DNA from: Gemmatimonadota bacterium
GTDB lineage: Bacteria; Latescibacterota; UBA2968
Direction of reading: 5' to 3'
Assembly: GCA_026705765.1 (NCBI GenBank)
Contig: JAPPAB010000158.1
Span: 3,050 to 67,049 of the forward strand
Length of the DNA: 64,000 bases
Shown here: positions 1 to 9,906 of the stretch, piece after piece
Numbering within the stretch: position 1 is the stretch's first letter
Layout: each line of letters starts with the position of its first letter
Program-made: the position numbers and the translations under genes
Notes under the pieces: generated by a model
Database searches by the model: none
Told to the model about the DNA's origin: nothing
The model's input: the letters and a program-made list of their open reading frames with translations, nothing else

Positions 1-333
1 CCGTCGCTTGTGCAGTTTACCAGTGCGTATAAGCTGAAAAAGATTAAAAAGCAAAAAGGGCATCGGGTGGTGGAGATTGAGGAGGAGCGCGAGGTACATT
101 ACCGAATCTGGTTTCACATTGAGGTGTTGTCGCTGGTGATTGACGGCAAGGGATCGGGGAGTGCGGAATGGGAGATTGATATCGACCGCGGGCTTGTGCT
201 TTCCCACAATATGAAGATCGGTCTGGGATTGCCGCAGGTGCGTATGGCAGGTGATCCAAAGCCTATTGATGATATCAAAGCAGAGATTGAATTGGTTTTT
301 AGCCGGAAGCTGGATAAGCTGGAGAAAGAATAA
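1..333 (+). CDS. hypothetical protein, C-terminal fragment (frame open to window edge)
   Basis: Frame 1 has no stop from base 1 (track ORF 10..333). Stop TAA 331-333 overlaps ATG 333-335 of the next gene (TAATG). No motif recognised. Confidence 0.5.
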   Translation, partial: PSLVQFTSAYKLKKIKKQKGHRVVEIEEEREVHYRIWFHIEVLSLVIDGKGSGSAEWEIDIDRGLVLSHNMKIGLGLPQVRMAGDPKPIDDIKAEIELVFSRKLDKLEKE

Positions 334-2288
334 TGAGCCTGGCTTTTGATACATCTGTTGCAATTCAGTCAGCCGACCGGGGCGTGACCGCCCGCGCTGT
401 ATTGCTGGGCCTGGTGCTGGTCTGTGCAGAGGTCGCGGTGATTACATTTTCCGAGCCGGTGGCGCGGTCGTCTTCTATGAACGTGAGCCACTTTCCCGTG
501 GGATTTTTCATGTGGTTTGTGGTTGTGATCCTGGGTTTGAACCCGCTTTTGAAATGGATTTATCCGGGGTATATGCTCTCGCGTTCAGAGCTTTTGACTG
601 TTGCTGCGATGGGATTGATTGGGGCACATATTCCCGGTAGCGGTCTTTTGGGATTTTTCCTGGGGGTGCTGGCTGCGCCTTATTATTTTGCCTCGCCAGA
701 GAATCAATGGGAAGCTCTGTTGCATCCGACTATCCCTTCGTGGTTGGCGCCTTTGAATGAGCGCGGTGCCATGCAGGGTTTTTTTGAGGGGTTGCCCTCA
801 GGCTCAGTGCCGTGGTCTGCCTGGATTATGCCGTTGTTCTGGTGGATGTGTTTGATTGGGGTGCTGACTTTTGTGCTGCTGTGTATGGCGGTGATGCTGA
901 GAAAGCAATGGGTGGAAAACGAGCGTCTGGTCTATCCCCTGATTTCACCGGTGTCCGATCTGATTGAAGATGACGGCGTGGGGGGAATATTGTCAGGTCT
1001 GATGCGGAATAAGCTGTTCTGGTTCGGATTTGTTTTGGGTTTTGGACTTTTGGCATGGAATTTTGTGTGGTATTTTTGGGATGCCTGGCCCCGTATCAAC
1101 TTTTTTGGACGCAAAGATCTGGTATTTATCGATGGCTTCCCCGCGATGACCAACCGGGTCAATTTGTACATTATCGGGTTTGGCTATTTTGCCAATCTGG
1201 ATGTGTTGTTTAGCCTCTGGTTTTTTTATCTGGTATATTGGGCGCAGAATGGGATTTTCAATCGCATTGGTCTGGATTTGGGTCCGGGAACGGGTGCGGC
1301 GAGTGCATGGGAAAATCTGGGGGCATTGTTCGCGCTGGTCTGGTGGGCATTGTGGACGGCGCGGCATCATCTGCGGGATGTGGTGAGAAAAGCGATCAAT
1401 GCGAAGTACGGGGTGGATGATTCGGGTGAAATGGTGTCTTATCGGACAGCCGTAGTGGGGGTGATTCTGGGGTCGGGATTTTGTTTGCTATGGCTGTGTA
1501 TGGCCGGGATTGAGTGGTACATCGGCGTTCTGTTTTTGCTCGCGCTATACGGGGTGTGTTTGGGGCTGGCAAAGGTGGTGTGTGAGAGTGGTTTGCTCTA
1601 TCTGGCATGGGGAGTGAGTCCGCAGACATTGGTGACCAATTTTTTGGGGTCGGCATCTATGGCGGGGGGGACGATTACGACACTGGCATTTACAGAGGGA
1701 CTGTTTTTTCACGGCAAGGGTATGTTTATGTCGTCTCTGGCCAATAGTGCGAAGATGGGTGATCTGGCCGGTACCGATCAGAGGCGGCTGGGCAAGAGCA
1801 TGGGGTTGGCGCTGTTGGTGGGGATTCCTCTGTGTATTTATTTGAGCCTGGGATGGGGCTATGAACAGGGCGCGTATAATTTTGGAGGGTTTCCCTTTCG
1901 CTATGGTCGCGATAGCGTGTTTGCGCGGGCTGTGAGCATGATGCAAAGCCCTCAGGGGCCAGCGTCTTCTCGTCTGATGTTTTTTGGGGTTGGTGTGGTG
2001 GGCATGACGGTGTTGACGGTGTTGCGATACCGCTTGCCCTGGTGGCCGTTGCATCCGATTGGATTTGCCGTGGGTGGAAGCGGTCGCGCTACGAAAGCGA
2101 CGTGGTCTATTTTTATTGCCTGGGCGTGTAAGTTTTTGATTGTGAAAATTGGTGGTGTGACGCTTTATCGCAGGTATCGTCCGTTGTTTACGGGATTGCT
2201 TTCGGGGTATTCGCTGGGGGTTGGGGTGTCGTTTGCGGTGGATGTGTTGTGGTTTATGGGCCGAGGACACTGGATTCATTTGTATTGA
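333..2288 (+). CDS. large polytopic membrane protein, uncharacterised family (paralog 1)
   Basis: 651-aa ORF with many hydrophobic helices. Colinear paralog at 9907..11853, sharing blocks FFEGLP..VPW..W..PLFWW, R.QWV..ERLVYPL, RYR.P.WPLHPIG and a C-terminal G.GH..H. No characterised transporter motif recognised. Confidence 0.85.
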   Translation: MSLAFDTSVAIQSADRGVTARAVLLGLVLVCAEVAVITFSEPVARSSSMNVSHFPVGFFMWFVVVILGLNPLLKWIYPGYMLSRSELLTVAAMGLIGAHIPGSGLLGFFLGVLAAPYYFASPENQWEALLHPTIPSWLAPLNERGAMQGFFEGLPSGSVPWSAWIMPLFWWMCLIGVLTFVLLCMAVMLRKQWVENERLVYPLISPVSDLIEDDGVGGILSGLMRNKLFWFGFVLGFGLLAWNFVWYFWDAWPRINFFGRKDLVFIDGFPAMTNRVNLYIIGFGYFANLDVLFSLWFFYLVYWAQNGIFNRIGLDLGPGTGAASAWENLGALFALVWWALWTARHHLRDVVRKAINAKYGVDDSGEMVSYRTAVVGVILGSGFCLLWLCMAGIEWYIGVLFLLALYGVCLGLAKVVCESGLLYLAWGVSPQTLVTNFLGSASMAGGTITTLAFTEGLFFHGKGMFMSSLANSAKMGDLAGTDQRRLGKSMGLALLVGIPLCIYLSLGWGYEQGAYNFGGFPFRYGRDSVFARAVSMMQSPQGPASSRLMFFGVGVVGMTVLTVLRYRLPWWPLHPIGFAVGGSGRATKATWSIFIAWACKFLIVKIGGVTLYRRYRPLFTGLLSGYSLGVGVSFAVDVLWFMGRGHWIHLY

Positions 2289-2294
2289 GGAGGA

Positions 2295-3785
2295 GTGATT
2301 TTGAAAAGATTTGGTTATGGGCTAATGGTGTGGATGCTATTTGTCTCAAATGTTGAGCCGTCACAGATGGACTCGGTGCTGGTCGATATTATCAAGGGCA
2401 ATTATTACGGGGCAATGGTGCGGTGCGAGGATGTGATCGCAGTTGATTCAACAGCGGCGGATGCGTACCGATTTTTGGGATGGCTTCAGATTGTGACGAG
2501 GCAGGGCGATTTGCAAGAGGTAGGGGAGAATTTGCGGCGGGCCATTCATCTGAAAATTGAGGATGCAGGAGCGCATAACGATCTCGGCGTTGTGTATTTT
2601 TTTCAGCGTAACTACAGCCCGGCGATTGAAGCATTCAGGCAGGCGGTCGCGCTAAGACCCGATGAGACAATGTTTTACCGAAATCTGGGTTTTGTAGCTG
2701 AATTGGCGGGGGCGTATTCCGATGCGGAAGAGGCGTTTCAGGCTGTTTTGGAGCGAGACCCGACGGACGATCTGGCGGTTTACGGATATGGGCTTGCGCT
2801 GGTCAGGCAAGCGCGTTATGACGAGGCGCTGGAGGCATTTCAAAAGGCCGTCCACATGTTTTCGGATCGCAAAGAAGCGCATTTAGAAATTGGACAACTC
2901 ATGATGATGCACGGCAAGTATGCGTCTGCTATATCTGCGTACAAACGGGCGACAAAAATCGATTTTGAAGATCCCAAAGGTCATTATGGACTGGCACAGG
3001 CTTATCAGGTATCGGGCGATTCGCTATCGGCGCGGCATGCGTGGGAGTCGTTTAAGTTTTTTGACGAGCGCCATCGGCATGCGGTTCGAGACCAGTATGT
3101 GTTGCCCGCGCGATTTGATAAGGTAGCCGATTTGCTGGATTTCGGAGACAGGTTTGTGAGATTGGGGCATCACGATAAGGCTATAGGGGTTTATCAGCAA
3201 GCGGTCGCTCTGGTGGAAGATCCAGATTTGCCGTGGCGGTTTAGTCCGGAGGTTCCCGTGGTGTATCTGGCTCTGGGACAGTCCTATCAGGCGTTGGGGG
3301 ATGTAGAGCGAGCGCGGCGGTCTTATGATGCGGCTTTTGCGCTGGGTGAAGGGGGCCTGGTATCTGACGAGGCTTTGAGGCACAGGACAGATATGTTTTT
3401 GTGTGCCGATGGGTTGTCGCGCGATGTGGTGGAGGGATATGAGCGGATTGTGGCTATGGATCCGATTGCCTTTGCCGCGTTCTACATTTACGATCAGATT
3501 AGCCAGGCACAGGCGAAGACGGGAGATCTGAATAAGTGTATTTCGACCTATGAGACCAGAGCAGATCAGGTTGCGTATTCTGCGGGGTTGCTGGTGCGAT
3601 TGGGGGTGGCACATGCGGTGGCGGGAGATATGGACGCGGCAAAGGCGTTGTACGATCAGGTGATTGGGGGGGCGGAAGATCCGCGCGAGTTGTATCTCCA
3701 GTTGTCGGTTCTCTATGGTCGGGCGGGGCGGAAAGCGGAGGCAGAGGCAATGGCGGCAAAAGCATCCGCAGATGTACGCAGATAA
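2295..3785 (+). CDS. exported tetratricopeptide (TPR) repeat protein
   Basis: GTG start just downstream of GGAGGAG. N-terminal hydrophobic signal-like segment and repeated TPR-type helix pairs (A..Y..LG......G....A...F..A..L.P). The last codons (SADVRR) and the TAA stop lie inside decamer repeat A. Confidence 0.8.
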   Translation: MILKRFGYGLMVWMLFVSNVEPSQMDSVLVDIIKGNYYGAMVRCEDVIAVDSTAADAYRFLGWLQIVTRQGDLQEVGENLRRAIHLKIEDAGAHNDLGVVYFFQRNYSPAIEAFRQAVALRPDETMFYRNLGFVAELAGAYSDAEEAFQAVLERDPTDDLAVYGYGLALVRQARYDEALEAFQKAVHMFSDRKEAHLEIGQLMMMHGKYASAISAYKRATKIDFEDPKGHYGLAQAYQVSGDSLSARHAWESFKFFDERHRHAVRDQYVLPARFDKVADLLDFGDRFVRLGHHDKAIGVYQQAVALVEDPDLPWRFSPEVPVVYLALGQSYQALGDVERARRSYDAAFALGEGGLVSDEALRHRTDMFLCADGLSRDVVEGYERIVAMDPIAFAAFYIYDQISQAQAKTGDLNKCISTYETRADQVAYSAGLLVRLGVAHAVAGDMDAAKALYDQVIGGAEDPRELYLQLSVLYGRAGRKAEAEAMAAKASADVRR

Positions 3786-3794
3786 ACGCAGATG
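3764..3794 (+). repeat. decamer array A: ATCC + 3 x GCAGATnnnn
   Basis: GCAGAT occurs at 3768, 3778 and 3788 (exact 10-nt phasing) after an ATCC leader. It overlaps the 3' end and stop codon of the TPR gene. Confidence 0.85.
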
Positions 3795-3819
3795 AGTGTG
3801 ACTGTACTTTCACAATTGG

Positions 3820-5430
3820 ATGGGAGTATCAGTGATTAGAGTTATTGGCATTCTTTTTTTGTTTTTATGTTCGAGTTCTGTTGCCGCAGAGCAATTTGTG
3901 GAGGTTGCAGAAGCGTCTGGTATATCGTTTGTGCATCGGACCGGTGCGAGGGGGAATTGGCATTATTTGGAGACTATGGGGTCGGGCTGCGCTGTGTTTG
4001 ATGTGGATGGGGATGGGGATTTGGATCTGTATTTTGTCAATGGAGAACACGGGCAGGCGGGCGGCGAGAACGCGCTTTATCGAAACGATGGTGGATTTCG
4101 TTTTTCGGCTGTTCCAGGCGCGCTGGGTGTGGGGTATGGTATGGGGTGTACGGTTGGGGATTATGACAATGATGGCGATCTCGATCTTTATACGACGGGT
4201 TATGATGCCAATGTGCTGTATCAAAATGATGGGCGTGGTGGTTTTGCGGAAAAGAAGGCGGGGGTGGCGGGCGGTGGGTGGTCTGCTGGCGCCACCTTTT
4301 TTGATGCGGATGGGGATGGCGACCTGGATTTGTATGTGGTGCGCTATTTGACGTATGATGTGGAAACCGATCCGGATTGTGAGCGGGTGGGCGTTCGCAC
4401 GTATTGCGATCCGGGCTATTTTGAGGGGGCGCCGGATTTGCTTTATCGGAATGAGGGGAATGGAATATTTACGGATGTTTCCTTTGAGGCGGGTGTGGCG
4501 GATTCTTCGGGCAAAGGGCTTGGGGTGGTGAGTCTGGATTACGATGGGGATGGGGATACCGATCTCTATGTGGCGAATGATACGACGCCAAATTTTTTGT
4601 ATCGCAATGTGGGGGGACGGTTTGAGAATGTAGGGATAGAGGCGGGTGTGGCGTTTAATGCGCAGGGCCGGACACAGGCGGGGATGGGGGTCGATGTGGG
4701 AGATGTAGATGGAGACGGGCGATCAGATATTTTTGTGACGAATTTTTCCTACGAGACCAATGCGATTTATCAGCGTGCGGGGGGCGGATTTTTCATGGAG
4801 GGAAGTGTGTCAACCGGAATTGCCGGGGTGTCTTTGCTGCCTCTGGGATTTGGCACTCATTTTTTTGATTATGACAACGATGGCGATCTGGATCTGTTTG
4901 TGGCAAATGGGCATATTTTCCCAAATGTAAAGGCGTTTTCCAGGGCGGAGTCCTATTTACAAGCGGATCAAATATTTCGCAATGTGGATGGGCGATTTGA
5001 GGTGGTTAATGCGGGCGTTGAAACGCCGGGGGTGAGTCGTGGGTCGGCGATTGGCGATCTGGATGAGGATGGCGATCTGGATCTGGTGGTGTTGCATTCG
5101 GGGCAAAGGGCGCGGGTGTTTCGCAATGAATTTGAGAACTCGGGACACTGGATCGTTGTAAAGCTCGTGGGAGGTATGGAGGGAGCGGAAAGCGGGTTTT
5201 CAAATAGGGACGGGATTGGGGCGGTGGTGCATGTAAGCGCGGGGGGAAAGATCCAGGTGCGTGAGGTTCGGAGTCAGTCGAGCTATTTGTCGGCGAGCGA
5301 TTTGCGGCTTCATTTTGGGCTGGGCAATGCGCGTCGCGTGGATCGAATTGAGGTGCGCTGGGTGAGTGGCCGCGTGCAGGTGTTGGAAGATGTTGAGGTG
5401 GATCGCGTTGTGGTTGTGGAAGAGAATTGA
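3820..5430 (+). CDS. CRTAC1-family protein (FG-GAP/VCBS repeats + C-terminal UnbV/ASPIC domain), secreted
   Basis: Signal peptide (ILFLFLCSSSVAAEQ). Ca-loop repeats DVDGDGDLDLY, DYDNDGDLDLY, DADGDGDLDLY, DYDGDGDTDLY, DVDGDGRSDIF, DYDNDGDLDLF and DLDEDGDLDLV. C-terminal block NRDGIGAVV.V...G.IQVREVRSQSSYLSASDLRLHFGLG....VDRIEVRW.SG. Confidence 0.9.
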   Translation: MGVSVIRVIGILFLFLCSSSVAAEQFVEVAEASGISFVHRTGARGNWHYLETMGSGCAVFDVDGDGDLDLYFVNGEHGQAGGENALYRNDGGFRFSAVPGALGVGYGMGCTVGDYDNDGDLDLYTTGYDANVLYQNDGRGGFAEKKAGVAGGGWSAGATFFDADGDGDLDLYVVRYLTYDVETDPDCERVGVRTYCDPGYFEGAPDLLYRNEGNGIFTDVSFEAGVADSSGKGLGVVSLDYDGDGDTDLYVANDTTPNFLYRNVGGRFENVGIEAGVAFNAQGRTQAGMGVDVGDVDGDGRSDIFVTNFSYETNAIYQRAGGGFFMEGSVSTGIAGVSLLPLGFGTHFFDYDNDGDLDLFVANGHIFPNVKAFSRAESYLQADQIFRNVDGRFEVVNAGVETPGVSRGSAIGDLDEDGDLDLVVLHSGQRARVFRNEFENSGHWIVVKLVGGMEGAESGFSNRDGIGAVVHVSAGGKIQVREVRSQSSYLSASDLRLHFGLGNARRVDRIEVRWVSGRVQVLEDVEVDRVVVVEEN

Positions 5431-5451
5431 TGTATTTAGAAGGAGGCTACT

Positions 5452-6756
5452 ATGGGTGATGCACGGAGAGATGCGCGGTTGTTGTGGGAACTGGATGTGG
5501 AAGGTGTTGGCGGGCAGATGGTTGTGGCGGATGTGAATGGGGACGGAAAGCAGGAGTTTTTGTTGCGGCAGAGTCCGGGGCAGTTGAAGTCGGATCTCTA
5601 TATTGAGCGGGGATGGAATACGGATGAGGAACGGCGTTTGTTCTGTATTACGGCGATTGATCAGGAGGGCAATCAGCTGTGGCAAGTGGGCGAACCGCAT
5701 CGAAGGGCAGATCCTTACTGCTCGCATGGAGGCAATGATTTTCTTACTGCTGATGTGGATGGCGATGGGAAGGCGGAGGTGATTTCGATTGTGTGGGATG
5801 TGCTGACGGTTTTTGATGGGGAAACGGGCGAGGTACAGGCGCAGAAGAAGTTGCCGGCAGATAATTTTTCTCAGGTGAAGGCCGGGAATTTGAAGGGTGA
5901 TCCGACGCGGCAGCAACTGGTGGTGAAGGTCAATGATGGTGCTTATCCGCCTTATGAATACGGCAATCCGACTTATGTTCTGGATAGCGATTTGTCGGAG
6001 TTGTGGATGACGCCGCATTATCACGGGGCAGGGCATGCGCCGGTGTTGATCGATGTGGATGGCGATGGGTGTGACGAGATGTTGATCGGGTATAATCTGG
6101 TGGATAGCGATGGGACTTTGTTGTGGTCGATTCCAGTGGAAAATGCCACGGCGGAGCATGCGGACAATATCAATCCGACGGATCTCGATGGGGATGGGGA
6201 GATTGAGATTGCGTATTCGGGTAGTAGAGATTTTTTTGTGGCGAATACGCAGGGCGAGGTGATCTGGAGACGCCCGCACGAGCATTCGCAGAATACGACG
6301 GTGGGGCGTTTTCGCAGTGATATAGATGGACAGACGATGATTTTGAATGAAAAGTGGATTGGGATGACGTGTTATACGCCCGATGGACAGGCATTGTGGC
6401 AAAAATCCGGTGTGGGATACGCGCAACACGCTGTGCGCGGCTGGCGGGATGACGGGCTGGATCTGGTGATTTATGCCCCGGCTTTAAAGAGGCAACAAGA
6501 GGATGTGCCTTATGATAGCGAGCCGGAAGATACACATCTTTACTGGCCGTTTCTGATGGATGGGGATGGCAACCGGGTGATGGAATTTCCCTTTCGAGAG
6601 GATTTCAGACAGCCCAGACAGCGCATCCGGGGATTTCGTGCGTACGATTACGGGATTGGATATGGCGCGATGGTGTTGGATATGGATGGGGACGGAAGAG
6701 ATGAGGTGCTGATTTACGACCGGCAGAAGATTCTGGCATTTGGCGCGCCAGCATAG
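5452..6756 (+). CDS. FG-GAP-like calcium-loop beta-propeller protein without signal peptide
   Basis: AGGAGG upstream of the ATG. The N-terminus MGDARRDARLLWELD has no hydrophobic segment. Blade loops ADVNGDGKQEF, ADVDGDGKAEV, IDVDGDGCDEM, TDLDGDGEIEI and LDMDGDGRDEV alternate with G..LW strands. Confidence 0.8.
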   Translation: MGDARRDARLLWELDVEGVGGQMVVADVNGDGKQEFLLRQSPGQLKSDLYIERGWNTDEERRLFCITAIDQEGNQLWQVGEPHRRADPYCSHGGNDFLTADVDGDGKAEVISIVWDVLTVFDGETGEVQAQKKLPADNFSQVKAGNLKGDPTRQQLVVKVNDGAYPPYEYGNPTYVLDSDLSELWMTPHYHGAGHAPVLIDVDGDGCDEMLIGYNLVDSDGTLLWSIPVENATAEHADNINPTDLDGDGEIEIAYSGSRDFFVANTQGEVIWRRPHEHSQNTTVGRFRSDIDGQTMILNEKWIGMTCYTPDGQALWQKSGVGYAQHAVRGWRDDGLDLVIYAPALKRQQEDVPYDSEPEDTHLYWPFLMDGDGNRVMEFPFREDFRQPRQRIRGFRAYDYGIGYGAMVLDMDGDGRDEVLIYDRQKILAFGAPA

Positions 6757-6771
6757 CACAGGAGGTGTGCT

Positions 6772-7734
6772 GTGAGGAATCAGTGGATATTGTATCTTCT
6801 GTTTTTTTCTCTGCTTCATTGTGCAGGGAACACCGGTCTGCTGGATTCCGATTATTCAATTGTTAAAGGCCGCATTGCGTTTGTGGGACCGGGGGATTTC
6901 AGGACATTCAAAATTTTTGTGATGCGTCCCGATGGCAAGGGGTTGATGAGGCTTACGAGAGAGCAGGGAGGCTATACCAATCCCTCCTGGTCTCCGAATG
7001 CGCGACGCATTGTATTTGCTTCAAACCGGGATGCCGTGGGAAATTTCGATATTTATATTTTTAATCTGGAGGATGGAGACATACAGAAGGTGGTCGATTT
7101 GCCCGGTCCCGATCTCGGTCCAGTCTGGTCTCCCGATGGTGGAAAGATTGCTTTTCAGGCGCAGAAGGATAATAGGGATAGATGGGATATCTACACGGTC
7201 AACCTCGATGGGACGGGATTGCAAAATCTGACAAATTCTCCCAGTAGTGATGAAGCTCCGGACTGGTCACCCGATGGACGCAGGATTGCTTTTCAATCGC
7301 GTCAGGGGAATAATATCGACATTTTTCTCATGGATGCAGATGGTTCTAATCGGGTCAGGCTTACGGATTTCAATGGTGTTCAGAATATTCATCCGGCCTG
7401 GTCGCCTGATGGAACGCGTATTGCATTTGCGTCAAATCGGCACCAACCACAGGTGCGGAATCAGTTCCCTGAGTGCGAGATTTATACTATGGGTTCCGAT
7501 GGGGCTATGGTGCGACGGTTGACCCTGGATGCGAGTTCTACAGTGGCTTTTTTTTCTCCTACCTGGTCGCCCGACGGTCAGAGGATTGCTTTTGAAGTGC
7601 GGCGAACCCACGAGAGACAGGGGGGCCTGGAACACAGGTTGATGATGATAAATGCCGATGGCACGGATTTGCATGAAGTTTCTGTGGATATGGAGGTCTC
7701 TGCGCCTCGCTGGTCGCCGAGGCAAACCGAGTAA
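6772..7734 (+). CDS. PD40 / TolB-like beta-propeller lipoprotein
   Basis: GTG start after AGGAGG. Lipoprotein-like signal (LLFFSLLHC). Five WSP(D/N)G..I(A/V)F repeats, each followed by .DI(Y/F).....DG, typical of WD40-like PD40 repeats. Confidence 0.85.
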   Translation: MRNQWILYLLFFSLLHCAGNTGLLDSDYSIVKGRIAFVGPGDFRTFKIFVMRPDGKGLMRLTREQGGYTNPSWSPNARRIVFASNRDAVGNFDIYIFNLEDGDIQKVVDLPGPDLGPVWSPDGGKIAFQAQKDNRDRWDIYTVNLDGTGLQNLTNSPSSDEAPDWSPDGRRIAFQSRQGNNIDIFLMDADGSNRVRLTDFNGVQNIHPAWSPDGTRIAFASNRHQPQVRNQFPECEIYTMGSDGAMVRRLTLDASSTVAFFSPTWSPDGQRIAFEVRRTHERQGGLEHRLMMINADGTDLHEVSVDMEVSAPRWSPRQTE

Positions 7735-7773
7735 CGGAGATGATGTTGTGGAGGTCATTTAAGGAGGTGTCTT

Positions 7774-9906
7774 ATGATGAATCGATGGGTCCTATATCTT
7801 CTATTTTGTTGTCTGTGTCCTATTCCCCTTCAGGGACAAGATACAGCAGAAGAGGCGGTTGAGAGGTTGAGATCTCTGCGAATGGCACGGAATCATAAAG
7901 ATGGATATGTCGAGGGGAAAAAGCTGGTCGAACGGTTTCCGGATAATTTGCATCTGCGCGCCTGGTTTATCCATCACATGGCGGCGGAGAACAAAGAGGA
8001 AGCAGTTGCCGCCGCTGAAGAGATGGTCGCGTCTCCTGAAAATAGTGCGTGGGGTTGGGTCGCGCTTGCGAGCGCACTTAATCGACTTGGTAAAGAGCGC
8101 AGGGATGAGGCGCTTTTAGCCAGTGAAAGAGCCTTAGAGATGTTGCCCGACCATGCGGATGTCATCAATATAAGAGCAGATGTGCTGTATGGAAGTAATA
8201 AAGAGGATGCGATTACCTTTGTAGATGAGTATAAAACGCGGGTCGAGAATCCCGCCAGGCTTCTGGTCGTTAAGGGGAATGCCCTGTACTATACTTCTGA
8301 GAGAGGAAAAAACACTCAAAGATTCGAGGCTTGTCTGAAGGTATTTGCAGAAGCGCGCAAAGCCGATCCCGGTAATGCAAATGCCTATTATCGACCGGCT
8401 TATTATCTGTCTGTGATGCGTCGTTACGATGAAGCCTATCCACTATACCAGAAAGCGGCGCAACTGGCACCCACAGATGCAAGGGTGCATCAGCGGTTCT
8501 GGCGGGTGGTTGAGCGACTTAAAAATAAGTCTGAAGCAGAGAAAATTGCAGAGATTGAGGCTGATGCCGATGCGTTTGTGCAAGCGCGTGGGGGAGATGC
8601 GGCTTCTTTGCTGGCATTGTACAATGCCTATCGAAGTCTGGAACTCGAGGAAAAGAAAAAAGGGGTTGGAGATCGCATCCTCAGTACCTATGGCGAAAGT
8701 GCAGAGGCGGAATGGGTGCTGGTGTATCGCTATCGCGCGATGGAGGAGGATGCTGAAGAAGATTTCCAGGATCTCGAGCAAGAGGAGGCGTATCGAAACT
8801 TGTTGCGGGCGTTTATCGCGCGGTCCCAACACCATAATGATCGACTGCTGGGAGATGCATATCTGAATCTTTTCTTTTCCATTCGGGAGGATTCTACGGT
8901 ATCAGCGAAAGAACTTCTGGATGTGGTACAGGGTATGGTTAAATATGAAAATATCAACCCGCATCTCACATTTCCAAGAGGTGCGATGACGCTGGCGGAA
9001 CGCACGTCGTATTATCGAGAGGCTGAGCAGATTGCCCGGGATGGTGTTGCGGTAGCACAGGAATTTCTGAAAGACCAGAAGAAGTACTACGACTCAGAAG
9101 AAGATTATCAACAAGATATAAACTGGATGACCGGGTTGATGACCGATGCCCTCGGTTGGGTGTTTTTTCAGGAAGGGCGTTTGGAAGATGCCGAGCGAGA
9201 ATTGATGCGCGCTTATGAACTGAATTCCAAAGATGAGGACACGCTTTACCATTTGGGTCAGGTTTATGAGGCGATGGACAACCCAGATCAGGCCGAAGTA
9301 TTTTACAAAATGGGTATAGCCATCCCATCGTCGGGTAAAAATCCCAATGACCAGGCTCTAAAGTCACTTTATTTGAAGCGACACGGGAGTTTGGATGGGT
9401 ACGAAAATTATTTAAAACCTTTAATAGCATCAGATCGAGAAACGCGAAAGCAGGAGGTCCTGTCTTCTCGGATTGAGGCTCCAGAGCCAGCGCTTGCGTT
9501 CAATTTGAAGACTCTAAAGGGTAAGCAAGTATTGCTAACTTCTTTGAAGGGCAAGATCGTGGCGATCAATTTCTGGGGGATATGGTGTGGATGGTGTGTG
9601 AAAGAGATGCCGGAGTTTCAGAATTTGTACGAGCATTACAAGGACGATCCCGATGTGGCGATTTTGACGATTAATAATGATCGCAATCCCGAGTCAGTAC
9701 CGCCGTGGATGGAGAAGAAGGGTTATACTTTCCCGGTTTTGCTCGATGACGGATATGTGAATAAAGCGGGGATTCAGGGCTTTCCCACAACCTGGTTTCT
9801 CAATCGGGAGGGGCAGATTGCGTTTCTAAAGCGGGGATGGACAAAAGAATTGGAGGAGGAATTTGGCTGGCGGATCGAGGCGTTGAGGGGTATTGAGGTA
9901 AAATAA
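7774..9906 (+). CDS. TPR-repeat protein fused to a C-terminal TlpA-like thioredoxin-fold redoxin
   Basis: AAGGAGG RBS, signal peptide and a long TPR-like helical region. The C-terminal ~150 aa has the CxxC motif FWGIWCGWCVKEMPEF and FPTTWFLNREGQIAF, typical of TlpA/ResA-type periplasmic thiol-disulfide oxidoreductases. Stop TAA abuts the next ATG (9907). Confidence 0.85.
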   Translation: MMNRWVLYLLFCCLCPIPLQGQDTAEEAVERLRSLRMARNHKDGYVEGKKLVERFPDNLHLRAWFIHHMAAENKEEAVAAAEEMVASPENSAWGWVALASALNRLGKERRDEALLASERALEMLPDHADVINIRADVLYGSNKEDAITFVDEYKTRVENPARLLVVKGNALYYTSERGKNTQRFEACLKVFAEARKADPGNANAYYRPAYYLSVMRRYDEAYPLYQKAAQLAPTDARVHQRFWRVVERLKNKSEAEKIAEIEADADAFVQARGGDAASLLALYNAYRSLELEEKKKGVGDRILSTYGESAEAEWVLVYRYRAMEEDAEEDFQDLEQEEAYRNLLRAFIARSQHHNDRLLGDAYLNLFFSIREDSTVSAKELLDVVQGMVKYENINPHLTFPRGAMTLAERTSYYREAEQIARDGVAVAQEFLKDQKKYYDSEEDYQQDINWMTGLMTDALGWVFFQEGRLEDAERELMRAYELNSKDEDTLYHLGQVYEAMDNPDQAEVFYKMGIAIPSSGKNPNDQALKSLYLKRHGSLDGYENYLKPLIASDRETRKQEVLSSRIEAPEPALAFNLKTLKGKQVLLTSLKGKIVAINFWGIWCGWCVKEMPEFQNLYEHYKDDPDVAILTINNDRNPESVPPWMEKKGYTFPVLLDDGYVNKAGIQGFPTTWFLNREGQIAFLKRGWTKELEEEFGWRIEALRGIEVK

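Noticed and set aside
1545-2279. 244-aa - strand ORF within membrane paralog 1, with similar antisense ORFs at 14145..14792, 16081..16842, 22415..23122, 22747..23574 and 32447..33067
   Set aside because: All are antisense to, or out of frame with, genes that have recognisable family motifs. Their translations are low-complexity and lack RBS-like contexts.
5200-6429. 409-aa ORF on the - strand, antisense to the CRTAC1 and propeller genes
   Set aside because: The composition is dominated by R/H/P/I/Q with no motifs. It fully overlaps two strongly supported + strand genes. It is a typical stop-free antisense frame of a codon-biased region.
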